Below, piece after piece: positions 52,068 to 61,102 of a DNA stretch of 64,000 bases. The DNA comes from a virus. Lineage: Duplodnaviria; Caudoviricetes. Both the position numbers and the translations under genes were made by a program. How positions within the stretch are numbered: position 1 is the first letter of the stretch; the number at the start of each line of letters is the position of its first letter. Below the pieces are notes generated by a model. That model did not search any database, was not told the origin of the DNA, and saw only the letters and a program-made list of their open reading frames with translations. The DNA lies in the IMG/VR virus record IMGVR_UViG_3300015606_001334, positions 224,001 to 288,000 of that record; one strand, given 5' to 3'.

Positions 52068-53816
52068 TTAAAGATTCTCGTTGATGTGAATACTTGAGAA
52101 TCCATTTTCCTTTTGGATCGTGATTTCGTGCTCGAATCGACCAACCATTTCAGGTCTATGTGAAATAATCCAGATTGCGATGTCATCGTCACGTGATTTC
52201 TTCTTAATCATCTTGGTGATAGCGTCAATGCCGAGGTCATCCAGCGATCCGCCGTCGATTTCGTCGATGAACATCAAATTAACCTTACCATGTAGATGGT
52301 GGAGAACATCTCGGAATGACAGGGATAGCGCCATGTTTACCCGCTTCTTTTCACCGTTTGATAGGTTACCGAAGTCAAGGTCACGGCCATATTCAGAAAC
52401 CGTACAGCTCATATCATCGTCAAAGTTTACGACGTGCGGTAGTCCCAGTTCTGAAGTGTAGTAGTTCAGTCGAGCATTCAAGAATGGAATTGTCTTGTTG
52501 ATGATCTTGCGACGGATGAACGAGTTCTTGTCAGTAAGAAGCTTCAGCAAGAACTGTTGATGCTCAAGCTTCGACTTTAGATCATCGAGCTTCTTGGTGC
52601 TGACTTCCTTAATTGACTCACCAAGTAGAGCTTCAAAGGCTTCAAGGTGTGGGTTCTCAGACTTTTCAGTTTCTTCGAGCTTCTGCTTCAATACTTCAGA
52701 ATCTGTCTTGATCTTTAGGAGCGCGTCAATATTTGGATGCTTGATTTCTGCCTTGATTCGGGCTTCTTCTTCGCCAAAGCTGGTCAATGCTTCTTGGTTA
52801 GATTCTGCGGTGCCAAGCCATTCTTTACGAGCATCTTCGAGAGTATTTTGGTAGGCTTCAAGCTCGCTAATTTTGGTATTTGCATCAGCATATTGCTGCA
52901 AACAATATGGACATTTCGAATCGCGAAGGTGCTCAAGCTCTTTTTGATTCTTCTCCAACTTTGTAGCCAGAGAATTTCCTTCCTTGGTCAGTTCCTTTTC
53001 TTCTTGACGAAGCTTTGTCAGACGATCTTGAACTTGCTTTAGGAGTTTATGGTTTTCCTTTTCAGCCTCAAAATCGATACCCTCAATTGAAGCCAATTGA
53101 GTCTTGATCTTAGCGATTGAAGCTTCCTTGTCCTCTTCCCATTTCAGAATTCGGGCTTCAGCGTCAGCAACTTGCTTGTTGTAGCGAGTAATCGCGTTTT
53201 GCTGCTCTCGAATGATCGCTTCCTGAATGTTGATGTCACCTTCAGTAATCTTGATCTTCTCTTTGAGCTTCTTCGCCTTCTCACTAAGAATCGTGATGTT
53301 GAAGAGTTCTTCGATTAGCTTACGCTGATCACCAACAGACTTCTGTAGGAACGGCTCAGAACCGCCTGCAAATACAACAATGTTGGTAAACAGCTCATAG
53401 CTAATACCGACGATTTCAACAACCATCTTGTCATTTTCGCTGACAGAGTCAAGAGTGATGTCGACTCCGTCGCATGAGATTTCGATGTTAGTCGATGTTC
53501 CACGACAACGATAAATTTCGTAACGCTTGTCACCCTTAGAGAAGGTCAAGCGAACTTCCATCAAGGTATCTTTTTCAGCATTCGTATTGTTAATCAATCG
53601 CTTAAGACTTATCTTATCGAATGGATTGTTGTACAAGGCGAAACAGATCGCGTTAATGATCGTGGTTTTGCCTACACCGTTCGCACCACCAATGTCAATG
53701 TTCTTACCGTTGATGAGGATCGTTCCTTCCATCGTAAGGTCAATATCAGTAAAACAATTTCCGAAACTCATGAAGTTTCTCAAACTTAAGCTTTCAAATG
53801 AGACATAATCGCTCAT
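52068..53816 (-). CDS. gp46: Recombination endonuclease ATPase subunit, gp46/SbcC/Rad50-like
   Basis: NFMSFGN, NGVGKTT, CPYC zinc hook, LSNGEKKR, FIDE..G.LD, ISH. Confidence 0.95.
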   Translation of the reverse strand: MSDYVSFESLSLRNFMSFGNCFTDIDLTMEGTILINGKNIDIGGANGVGKTTIINAICFALYNNPFDKISLKRLINNTNAEKDTLMEVRLTFSKGDKRYEIYRCRGTSTNIEISCDGVDITLDSVSENDKMVVEIVGISYELFTNIVVFAGGSEPFLQKSVGDQRKLIEELFNITILSEKAKKLKEKIKITEGDINIQEAIIREQQNAITRYNKQVADAEARILKWEEDKEASIAKIKTQLASIEGIDFEAEKENHKLLKQVQDRLTKLRQEEKELTKEGNSLATKLEKNQKELEHLRDSKCPYCLQQYADANTKISELEAYQNTLEDARKEWLGTAESNQEALTSFGEEEARIKAEIKHPNIDALLKIKTDSEVLKQKLEETEKSENPHLEAFEALLGESIKEVSTKKLDDLKSKLEHQQFLLKLLTDKNSFIRRKIINKTIPFLNARLNYYTSELGLPHVVNFDDDMSCTVSEYGRDLDFGNLSNGEKKRVNMALSLSFRDVLHHLHGKVNLMFIDEIDGGSLDDLGIDAITKMIKKKSRDDDIAIWIISHRPEMVGRFEHEITIQKENGFSSIHINENL

Positions 53817-53872
53817 AATTTTGTGTCCTTTAATAAATACATAAAATTTCAGAATTATTTATTGGAGTAAAT

Positions 53873-54613
53873 ATGGCACACTTTGTAGACCTTTCAAAGC
53901 CGTACGTTTATGTATATCTCGATCCAAGAAAACCCGGAACATTCCTTTGTTCATCTGACCCTAAAGATTGGACATTTTGTTTTCAGCCAATTTACGTTGG
54001 TAAAGGAACTGGAGAAAGATATAAAATTTCAACAAAGGTTAATTTACCATCTTACAAATATCGAAATGAAGTTTTAGAAAACAAAATAAATTCAATCATA
54101 AAATCTGGGAATGAACCTTCGGTTGTGTTACTTTCATGTGAAACAGAAACTGAAGCGTTCGAATTAGAAAGAAAACTTACAGATAAATTTGGTATTTACC
54201 CAAATGGATTACTTTGTAATTTAAAACCTGGAGGTGAAGGTGGATTTTCACTAACTAATGAAACTAAAGCCAAACTATCTGAACTTAATTCTGGAGAAAA
54301 CAATCCTAATTACGGTAGAAAGTGGACAGAGTCTCAACGAGAAAAGTGGTTAACGTCATTCAAATCAAAAGACCGATCGCGATCGCCAGAATCAATGAAA
54401 AAGACCTGGGAAGGTAAGAATCGAAAATACTTAATCAAAGATTTAAATGGTAACGAAATTATAGTAGAAGATTTAACAAAATTCTGCCAAGAAAATTCAT
54501 TACCATTATCGGTGCTAAGATTTGCGTTAAGCAATGGAAACGTAGTTAAATCAAAACGAAGAAAGAGCCGAATAGAAGGATACCAAATTTTTTATATTGA
54601 TGGAAAATCATAA
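53873..54613 (+). mobile_element. Free-standing GIY-YIG-like homing endonuclease with NUMOD3-like domain
   Basis: YVYVYLDPR, IYVGKG..R, E.EAF.LE, L.NL..GG.G, ETKAKLS...GENNPNYGRK; AT-rich; antisense to gp47/gp46; ATAAATA at 53833..53839. Confidence 0.8.
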
Positions 54614-54852
54614 TCTTCTGGTAAAAATGTAATTATAGTTTGACGATTTTTATCATAGGCGACTGTGTAAAATTTATCTTCAAACTTTACACGTTTTATT
54701 GAGACTCTGTTTGATTGGGTCTCTATGTGTTCAGCTTTTCCATTCTGAATTTGCTTCACTAATTCACGTAGGTCATGTCTGTTAAGATCGAGTCCAAATC
54801 GTTCTTTAGCCCGATGTTTAGCATGAATCCGTTCAGACTGGAGCTTATTCAT
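54592..54852 (-). CDS. Hypothetical small basic protein
   Basis: HAKHRAKERFG...VAYDK...IITFLP; ATGA-coupled to gp47. Confidence 0.7.
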   Translation of the reverse strand: MNKLQSERIHAKHRAKERFGLDLNRHDLRELVKQIQNGKAEHIETQSNRVSIKRVKFEDKFYTVAYDKNRQTIITFLPEDYDFPSI

Positions 54853-55940
54853 AGCTCTGCATACTCTTCTGCTAGTTTTAGTGGATCAATTGACGTGGTC
54901 TTTTGAACGCCACTTGCAATCAATTTTTGAATGGTGTCATCTAGACCAGTGGAATCAAGAGCGTCAATGTCAAGGTCTTGACCTTCACCTGCGATGGCGT
55001 CCTTCTTCTCTTGGGTCTTCTCGTCAATTTTGAATTCTCGTAGAGAGAATCCCTTGATGAACTCTTCCTTCAGCGCTTGAACCTCTGTGTAGGAGATTTC
55101 AATGTCCTTGAAGCAAGTAACTCGAGAATTTTCAATTGGAGTCCAATCACCTTCAATTAGGGTAGAAAGATTGACTCTGAAATACATTGGGCATTTTGGC
55201 CAATCGATGAACTTAACATCGTCGTTTCGAGTATCAAGAATGCAGACACCACGTGCTGAATCACCGACATCACCGTAATCCATTGGGAAAGTATTGCCAA
55301 TGTAGATAGTGTTGTCTTTGATCTGACGTTTGTGGTAGTGGCCAGAGAAAATGTAGGTGAAGTCGGCAAACAACGTATGCTCTGGTCCTTTCTCCATGAT
55401 GTTGGAGGTTCCGGTCAGAACGAAGTTCTTGAATTCGAAATGACCAAAAGCATATTTGGTCTTGCCATTAAACTGGACCATTTGAGGATATTCATCATGG
55501 AACAGGAATGGAGTAAAGAGCAAATCATTGTTGACTACAGTGAAGTGATCAACAATGATGAAGTTCTTTTTATCTTTGAATGGCTTAGGAGAGTAAATGA
55601 CTCGGGTATGACGATGGTAAAGATCGTGGTTACCGATGTCAAAGAAGATTGGGATTCCCAATTCATCTAACTTGTCAGCTGCTCGGTCTGCAGCGTCAAG
55701 AGTCATTACATTGATTGCATTTCGGTTTTCGAACCAATCACCAAGGAAGGCGACGGCATCGATTTCAGGATCCTTCTTGACGTTTGCGACGACGAAGTCA
55801 ACAAAGTCTAAACAATCCTGATTGTGAACTATGCTATTGTTCTTCTTACCGAAATGAATGTCGGTAAACATAAGAATTTTTCTTAGAGGTTTACCGAGAT
55901 CAAGTTCAGTAATTTTGATTTTACTGACTTCTTTTTCCAT
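54849..55940 (-). CDS. gp47: Recombination nuclease subunit, gp47/SbcD/Mre11-like
   Basis: TDIHFG, LGDWF, GNHD, GHFE, SGHYH metallophosphoesterase motifs. Confidence 0.95.
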   Translation of the reverse strand: MEKEVSKIKITELDLGKPLRKILMFTDIHFGKKNNSIVHNQDCLDFVDFVVANVKKDPEIDAVAFLGDWFENRNAINVMTLDAADRAADKLDELGIPIFFDIGNHDLYHRHTRVIYSPKPFKDKKNFIIVDHFTVVNNDLLFTPFLFHDEYPQMVQFNGKTKYAFGHFEFKNFVLTGTSNIMEKGPEHTLFADFTYIFSGHYHKRQIKDNTIYIGNTFPMDYGDVGDSARGVCILDTRNDDVKFIDWPKCPMYFRVNLSTLIEGDWTPIENSRVTCFKDIEISYTEVQALKEEFIKGFSLREFKIDEKTQEKKDAIAGEGQDLDIDALDSTGLDDTIQKLIASGVQKTTSIDPLKLAEEYAEL

Positions 55941-55945
55941 GTGCT

Positions 55946-56551
55946 TTAGTAGTTGTCGGAGTTTTGATCGGCTTTATCGCCTTCAGAGAAGTTGAAGCTT
56001 GGGTTTAGACCTTCTTCAACGATCAATGAATCACGGATATCGCGATGCTTCTTCTCATCAGCAAGATACTGAAGGAAGCTATTGCGGATTGCGGTAGTGT
56101 AGAACGCGAATGGGTTGTTTGATTTTTCAGGATTGAACTTAAGAGCATTAGCCATCAAGTTGACCATCGCGAAAGAAACCATATCATCGCGGAAGGAATA
56201 GCCGACAAAGTTGGACTTACATGAGAATCGTTCGGCAATCATGAGTAGCATGCGTGCTAACTCATTCGTAATTCGACCAAGTTCTTTGGCACGGATTACT
56301 TCAGGAAGAAGGACTGAATTGGTAATGTAATGGCCTTTAGTCGTTGTAGACTTTGGCTTTCTTGCTGCTGGGGCTTTCTTTGGCTTCTTTTCTTCCTGCT
56401 CATCGTCTAGTTCAGGAGTATCAAATCCGTCTGAATAGAAACTTTCTTCTGTTTCTGCGCCGTCTTCGAAATTTTCTAGATCGACTGATTGACCTTCATC
56501 ATCTCCAAAATCAATGAGGTCATTCGCGGGGGTTTGCTTCTTACGTGCCAA
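55946..56551 (-). CDS. gp55: Late-transcription sigma factor, gp55-like
   Basis: HYITN, IAERFS..NF.GYS.RDDMV, FNPEKS.NPFAFYT; TTG start with AAAGGAG SD. Confidence 0.9.
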   Translation of the reverse strand: MARKKQTPANDLIDFGDDEGQSVDLENFEDGAETEESFYSDGFDTPELDDEQEEKKPKKAPAARKPKSTTTKGHYITNSVLLPEVIRAKELGRITNELARMLLMIAERFSCKSNFVGYSFRDDMVSFAMVNLMANALKFNPEKSNNPFAFYTTAIRNSFLQYLADEKKHRDIRDSLIVEEGLNPSFNFSEGDKADQNSDNY

Positions 56552-56595
56552 GGGTTATCTCCTTTGTTGTTTTTGTAGGTGGGGATATTTGTAGA

Positions 56596-56624
56596 ATTAT
56601 ATCACCTTCTAACAGAAATGTAAA
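56596..56624 (-). promoter_or_regulatory. Sigma70-like promoter for gp55-gp47-gp46
   Basis: gTTTACA-17 bp-TATAAT. Confidence 0.75.
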
Positions 56625-56702
56625 CTGTTACAACAAAATCACATTTCGTGCAAAAGATCCATGCCTATAAATATTCAAAGTTCAATTGAAACAGTATTCA
56701 CC

Positions 56703-57365
56703 ATGGAAAATACAATCCTTCTCGAAAGTTTAGCTGATGCTCAGGAAAAGAGAGCTGTCGTCATCGTCGGTCGCTTTCAACCACCTACAATCGGTCATTA
56801 CAAGATCATCAATCTGGCTAAGAAATACATTCGAGAAAATAGCGACCTTAGTTTATTTACAAAACCCGTCGTGGTGATTATCAATGGAAAGAAGACCAGT
56901 CTCGACAAAGAGACTAATCCATTGACTGTGGATGAACGAATATTTTACATGTCGAATTCTGGTAGAGCAAACGGAGTGGTGTTCCTGTCAGCGTCTAATG
57001 CCTTTGAAGCCTTCAATGAAGTGCGAAAAGCTGGTTACGAGCCAATCGTAATCGGTTCTGGATCAGACCGGGCAAAAGGCTACCTATCCATGCTTGACGA
57101 CAAGTTCTTAGACAGGAATGGAAAGAAGCAAAAGCATTACATTCTTCCAGGCCTTGAGACAAGGCATCAGATTTCAGGAACTGAAGAAAACCTCGATAAG
57201 CTTGGAACCCCTGAAATTTCCAAAGTGTCAAGTTCCCTTGCTCGTAGAGCTGTTGAGCTTGATTATTTTGATGAATTCCAAGCTATCACCGGATTAGACA
57301 AAAACCCTGCTGCAGCAAAGAAAATGTTCAAGCAAATTAAACAACGAATTGGAGAAACGGCATGA
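56703..57365 (+). CDS. HIGH-family nucleotidyltransferase (cytidyltransferase/NMNAT-like) with capsid-targeting-like N-terminus
   Basis: GRFQPPTIGH, NPLT..ER, GSDR, VSSSLAR; MENTILLE|S; TATAAATA at 56666..56673. Confidence 0.75.
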   Translation: MENTILLESLADAQEKRAVVIVGRFQPPTIGHYKIINLAKKYIRENSDLSLFTKPVVVIINGKKTSLDKETNPLTVDERIFYMSNSGRANGVVFLSASNAFEAFNEVRKAGYEPIVIGSGSDRAKGYLSMLDDKFLDRNGKKQKHYILPGLETRHQISGTEENLDKLGTPEISKVSSSLARRAVELDYFDEFQAITGLDKNPAAAKKMFKQIKQRIGETA

Positions 57366-58549
57366 GCGGACTAGGTGATTACGTCCCAAAAGACGCAAGC
57401 TTTGATAGCATCAAAGAATCCGCAGGAAAAATTACTGATGACGTCGGTTCTGCGTTCACTAAGGCTGGCAACTCAGCTTCTGATTTCCTAAAGAATGGAA
57501 CATCCAATTTTAGCCTCGCTGGAATGGGAACAAAGATTACTGAGGGTGCGCAAAAGCTATTGGGCGGCACCAACCTTGGAAACCTACTTGGCTTTAAGAA
57601 CATCGCAAACGGTTTGCCGTCAGGAGCTCTAGCTAAGAAGCTAATGTCGGAAGGTATCTCGATGGGTAAGGGACAAACCCTATCCGATCGAACCAGCACC
57701 GCACAAGCTCGAGCAAACATCGACGAAGTGATTGTCACCTTGAGGTCGACAGTTACTCCTGAGTTCGTGAAGTTTCAGGTGACGCCAAGACTATCAGAAT
57801 CCAGACAGGCAAACTACGCTGAACTCAACCTTGTCCATCACCCTGGTTCGATCTTAAAGTACGAGCGAACTGGTGCAAGATCTTGGACACTGAACGTAAA
57901 GCTCGTGTCGAGAACAACCGCCGAGGCTTCAGCAAATCAACGAGACCTAAACATCATCAGATCTTGGGTGATGCCATTCTACGGAGAAGGAACAAACCAA
58001 AATTCTCCTGACATGTTGGGTGCTCCACCTCCAGTCCTCAAACTTTCCGGATACGGTTCTAAAAACATCGCTCCTATCCCTGTCGTTCTAGAATCGTACA
58101 GCACTAACTGGCCAAATGACATCGACTACATCCCAACTGCTGAAGGCTTGCCTTTCCCAGTCATCATGGAACTCGATCTAACCTTGAAAGAGGCTTATTC
58201 TCCTGCTGAATATTCTAACTTCAACCTGTTCGCCTACAAGTCTGGTGACCTAAGTCAGGCGTTCAATGGAAAGAAATTTGAAGTTGCCGCTGCCGCTAAA
58301 GCAAATGGTAAAGCAGATACCAGTGAAGGTAAAAAGCTTCCTGTGTTGGGTGGAAAATCAATGAAGGTTCCATCAGCTTCAGACATTACTGGAAAGATTA
58401 AAGAGATGACTCCAAACATTGCTGGCGCGACCAAAGACGGCGCCGCTGGTCAAAGCATCTTCTCTAAACCTATCACCATTGGTGGAGTCACTGGTGACTC
58501 TGATGCTTCATTCAAGCAATTCCAATCTGGTGGATCAAATAGCGCTTAA
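57362..58549 (+). CDS. Baseplate/tail-tube initiator (gp48-like)
   Basis: ANY...HPG...YE.T..R, LGAPPPVL.L.GYG, PVV..SY...WP.DIDY; start of the baseplate operon. Confidence 0.6.
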   Translation: MSGLGDYVPKDASFDSIKESAGKITDDVGSAFTKAGNSASDFLKNGTSNFSLAGMGTKITEGAQKLLGGTNLGNLLGFKNIANGLPSGALAKKLMSEGISMGKGQTLSDRTSTAQARANIDEVIVTLRSTVTPEFVKFQVTPRLSESRQANYAELNLVHHPGSILKYERTGARSWTLNVKLVSRTTAEASANQRDLNIIRSWVMPFYGEGTNQNSPDMLGAPPPVLKLSGYGSKNIAPIPVVLESYSTNWPNDIDYIPTAEGLPFPVIMELDLTLKEAYSPAEYSNFNLFAYKSGDLSQAFNGKKFEVAAAAKANGKADTSEGKKLPVLGGKSMKVPSASDITGKIKEMTPNIAGATKDGAAGQSIFSKPITIGGVTGDSDASFKQFQSGGSNSA

Positions 58550-58557
58550 GGAAAACC

Positions 58558-58887
58558 ATGCCAAATAATCTCCAATCTCCATCGAGTCTTGACAATAAAT
58601 ATTCTAGATATGTTCAAGGAGGGACAACCTCCTCAAATGCAATCGGTCTAGATTGGTGGGAACGAAGAATCCTGCCGAAAGACGACTCTGACCTAATTTA
58701 CTATGTCGAGAATGCATATGAGCATAGAATTGATTTAATTTCCGAAGCTTTTTACGGTGATGGCAGATATTGGTGGGTGATTGCCCAATTCAATGACCTA
58801 ATCGACCCATATTCAGAGGTCGTGGCAGGTCGTTTATTGGTTCTCCCAACACAATCTAGACTATTCACCGAAATTCTATCCAAATAA
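58558..58887 (+). CDS. gp53: Baseplate wedge protein, gp53-like (LysM)
   Basis: Y.HR.DLIS..FYG...YWWVIAQFN...DP...G..L.LP. Confidence 0.8.
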   Translation: MPNNLQSPSSLDNKYSRYVQGGTTSSNAIGLDWWERRILPKDDSDLIYYVENAYEHRIDLISEAFYGDGRYWWVIAQFNDLIDPYSEVVAGRLLVLPTQSRLFTEILSK

Positions 58888-58891
58888 AAAT

Positions 58892-61093
58892 ATGTCAAAA
58901 CCAGCTAATCCACTTGATAAATTCAGATCGTACGCTTATCATCACATTGTTGTCGCGACAGAGTCGACTGAATCTATTCGTGATTTAGTTTCAGCAGAAT
59001 CTACTGGCTTTAAAAATTTAAAGCTTGGACAGAAGGGCGGATCTGACGGTTCTCCTTATTATCTAGTGTTCGACACTAGAAAGAACTCATTCTTCTCTAT
59101 TACTGACGTCAATTACACCTCTACGGCATTTGCTAACTCTATGCGATTTTCTAACGCAGTTGTTAGCTCAATCGATATGCAAATTATCGACAGCACTGGC
59201 GTAACACTAATCAACTATTTGAGATGGTTGCAAGACACCGCTTTAAAGGTGAGTTTGCACAAAATGATCTTCGTGCTTAAGACCATTTTCGTTGGTCACA
59301 CCCATGACGGAACAACAGAAACTGTCTACCAAGATTCTATCCCAATGATGTTGGTCGATATCGTTCTGAATCCATCAGCGCGAGGTGCACAGATTACAGC
59401 CAAGTTTTTACCAATCACGAATGGTGCAGTGTTCTACACTGACGACTATGCGCGATCCTACGATGTTCCAGGTGTTTTCTCTGAGACAGGCCTGCTAAAA
59501 GACGCAGTCAAGTCGTTAGAAAAAATCATGAACCAGAAGTCCAGAAAATGGTTCCAAGATCTTCAGTTACAGCCCATGAATGATTACAAAACTGAAGATG
59601 CTGTCCCAGCAAAAGGCTATGGAAAGCTTGTCCAATACATGTTTACCGTACCAGATAATTGGTCATCGTTCAAGGTTAACGGAGTATTCGAGGACATTCC
59701 AGAATCAAAATATGGAAAAGGAAATACTCGCGAAAACGTAAACACTAAAGGCGTGAGAATCGGTTTCCAAGTTAGTCCAACTACCGACGTAGTTGATTTG
59801 CTTGAACAAATTTTGAAGCAATCCGACGAAGTTCAAAAATTAGCTGGAAATGATAATCGAAAAGAGGGTATCGTCAAAGCCTATAAGATTTACCCAACAA
59901 TCACTAGTGATGATACCACCGTGGTTATTCACTATGACATCTTGAACTTTGCTGTGCCAAAGAAAGAAGAAGATTCTTCAAAGAAAGATAATCAGGATTC
60001 GGTAAGCAAATCAAAATCTATTTTACCATCCAGTGAAGATGATAAGAACGTCATGGTGTTTGACTACATCTTTACTGGTAAGAACATGGACATTCTCAAC
60101 TTTGACATGAAGATAAATCGTGTCAACGTTGCTATTGCCGACAATATCGCTATTGGTGACAAGACGGCACAAGAGGCTGGAAAGAATCAGGAATCTAAGG
60201 AAACCGACGAAACCAAGACTGATAAAAAGAAAATTATCCTTAACCTAAAACCTAAGGATCCTATTCTCCCTCCAGCAAAAACTCTTTCTCAGCATAAGAA
60301 CGTTGCTTGGTCAACTGAAACTGACGTAAGAAAAGAAACAGTTAAAAATCGACAACAATTTATCCACAATATGTCGATGGTTTACGCTGCGAGTTCACAA
60401 GACATCATCATTAAAATCAGAGGAAATCCAAACCTATTCCAGCGTTTTAATGATGCAACATTGATGCCTCATGTGAAAGCGATCGATAATACTCAATTGA
60501 CTGACACCGCTTACTTATCTGGAAAAAAGTTCATTGAGACAAAGAATGACAACTTCCAATCAAGCGATATCACCGCTTATAAAGAAGCGCTTAATGAGCG
60601 TGTTAAACAGCTAGGAGTTGCTGGATTTTCTCAATCAGAAAATACTGCTACTCTTGTGCCGTTCTTCATTAAGATAAATATCAAAGGCGAAAACGTCGAT
60701 TTAATTGCTGAAAACTTCGATCCTTCATTTAAGCCTTATGAGAATTTCTGGTATGACGGGTATTACATTGTGAAGAAAATTGTTCACCATTTCCAAGGTG
60801 GAGAATTTATTCAAGAGCTGCTAATTGGCGCAGTTCCTGATGATTTGTTCGGTCAAACGACTTCTGATAAGAGCAAGGTAAAAGAAAATACCGACGTTAA
60901 GCCTGAAGTAAAACCTGATCCTCCAAAGGCGGCTACTCCAGCCCCAGAAGCTGCGAAGGTAGAAAAGCCAGCAGAAACGTCGAAAATTCCATCACTAACT
61001 GGCGCACAAAATGCATTGTCAAAAGCTACTTCCATGACATATAACGACGTTATGGGAGCGAAATTGAATCTTCAATCTAGGATTCCAAAGTAA
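58892..61093 (+). CDS. Baseplate hub protein (gp27-like)
   Basis: NPLD.F.SY.YH N-terminus, DYIFTGKN.DIL.FD, IRGNP, GYY.V..I.H.F.GG.F.Q.L; between gp53 and gp5. Confidence 0.6.
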   Translation: MSKPANPLDKFRSYAYHHIVVATESTESIRDLVSAESTGFKNLKLGQKGGSDGSPYYLVFDTRKNSFFSITDVNYTSTAFANSMRFSNAVVSSIDMQIIDSTGVTLINYLRWLQDTALKVSLHKMIFVLKTIFVGHTHDGTTETVYQDSIPMMLVDIVLNPSARGAQITAKFLPITNGAVFYTDDYARSYDVPGVFSETGLLKDAVKSLEKIMNQKSRKWFQDLQLQPMNDYKTEDAVPAKGYGKLVQYMFTVPDNWSSFKVNGVFEDIPESKYGKGNTRENVNTKGVRIGFQVSPTTDVVDLLEQILKQSDEVQKLAGNDNRKEGIVKAYKIYPTITSDDTTVVIHYDILNFAVPKKEEDSSKKDNQDSVSKSKSILPSSEDDKNVMVFDYIFTGKNMDILNFDMKINRVNVAIADNIAIGDKTAQEAGKNQESKETDETKTDKKKIILNLKPKDPILPPAKTLSQHKNVAWSTETDVRKETVKNRQQFIHNMSMVYAASSQDIIIKIRGNPNLFQRFNDATLMPHVKAIDNTQLTDTAYLSGKKFIETKNDNFQSSDITAYKEALNERVKQLGVAGFSQSENTATLVPFFIKINIKGENVDLIAENFDPSFKPYENFWYDGYYIVKKIVHHFQGGEFIQELLIGAVPDDLFGQTTSDKSKVKENTDVKPEVKPDPPKAATPAPEAAKVEKPAETSKIPSLTGAQNALSKATSMTYNDVMGAKLNLQSRIPK

Positions 61094-61102
61094 GGTATTA
61101 AA

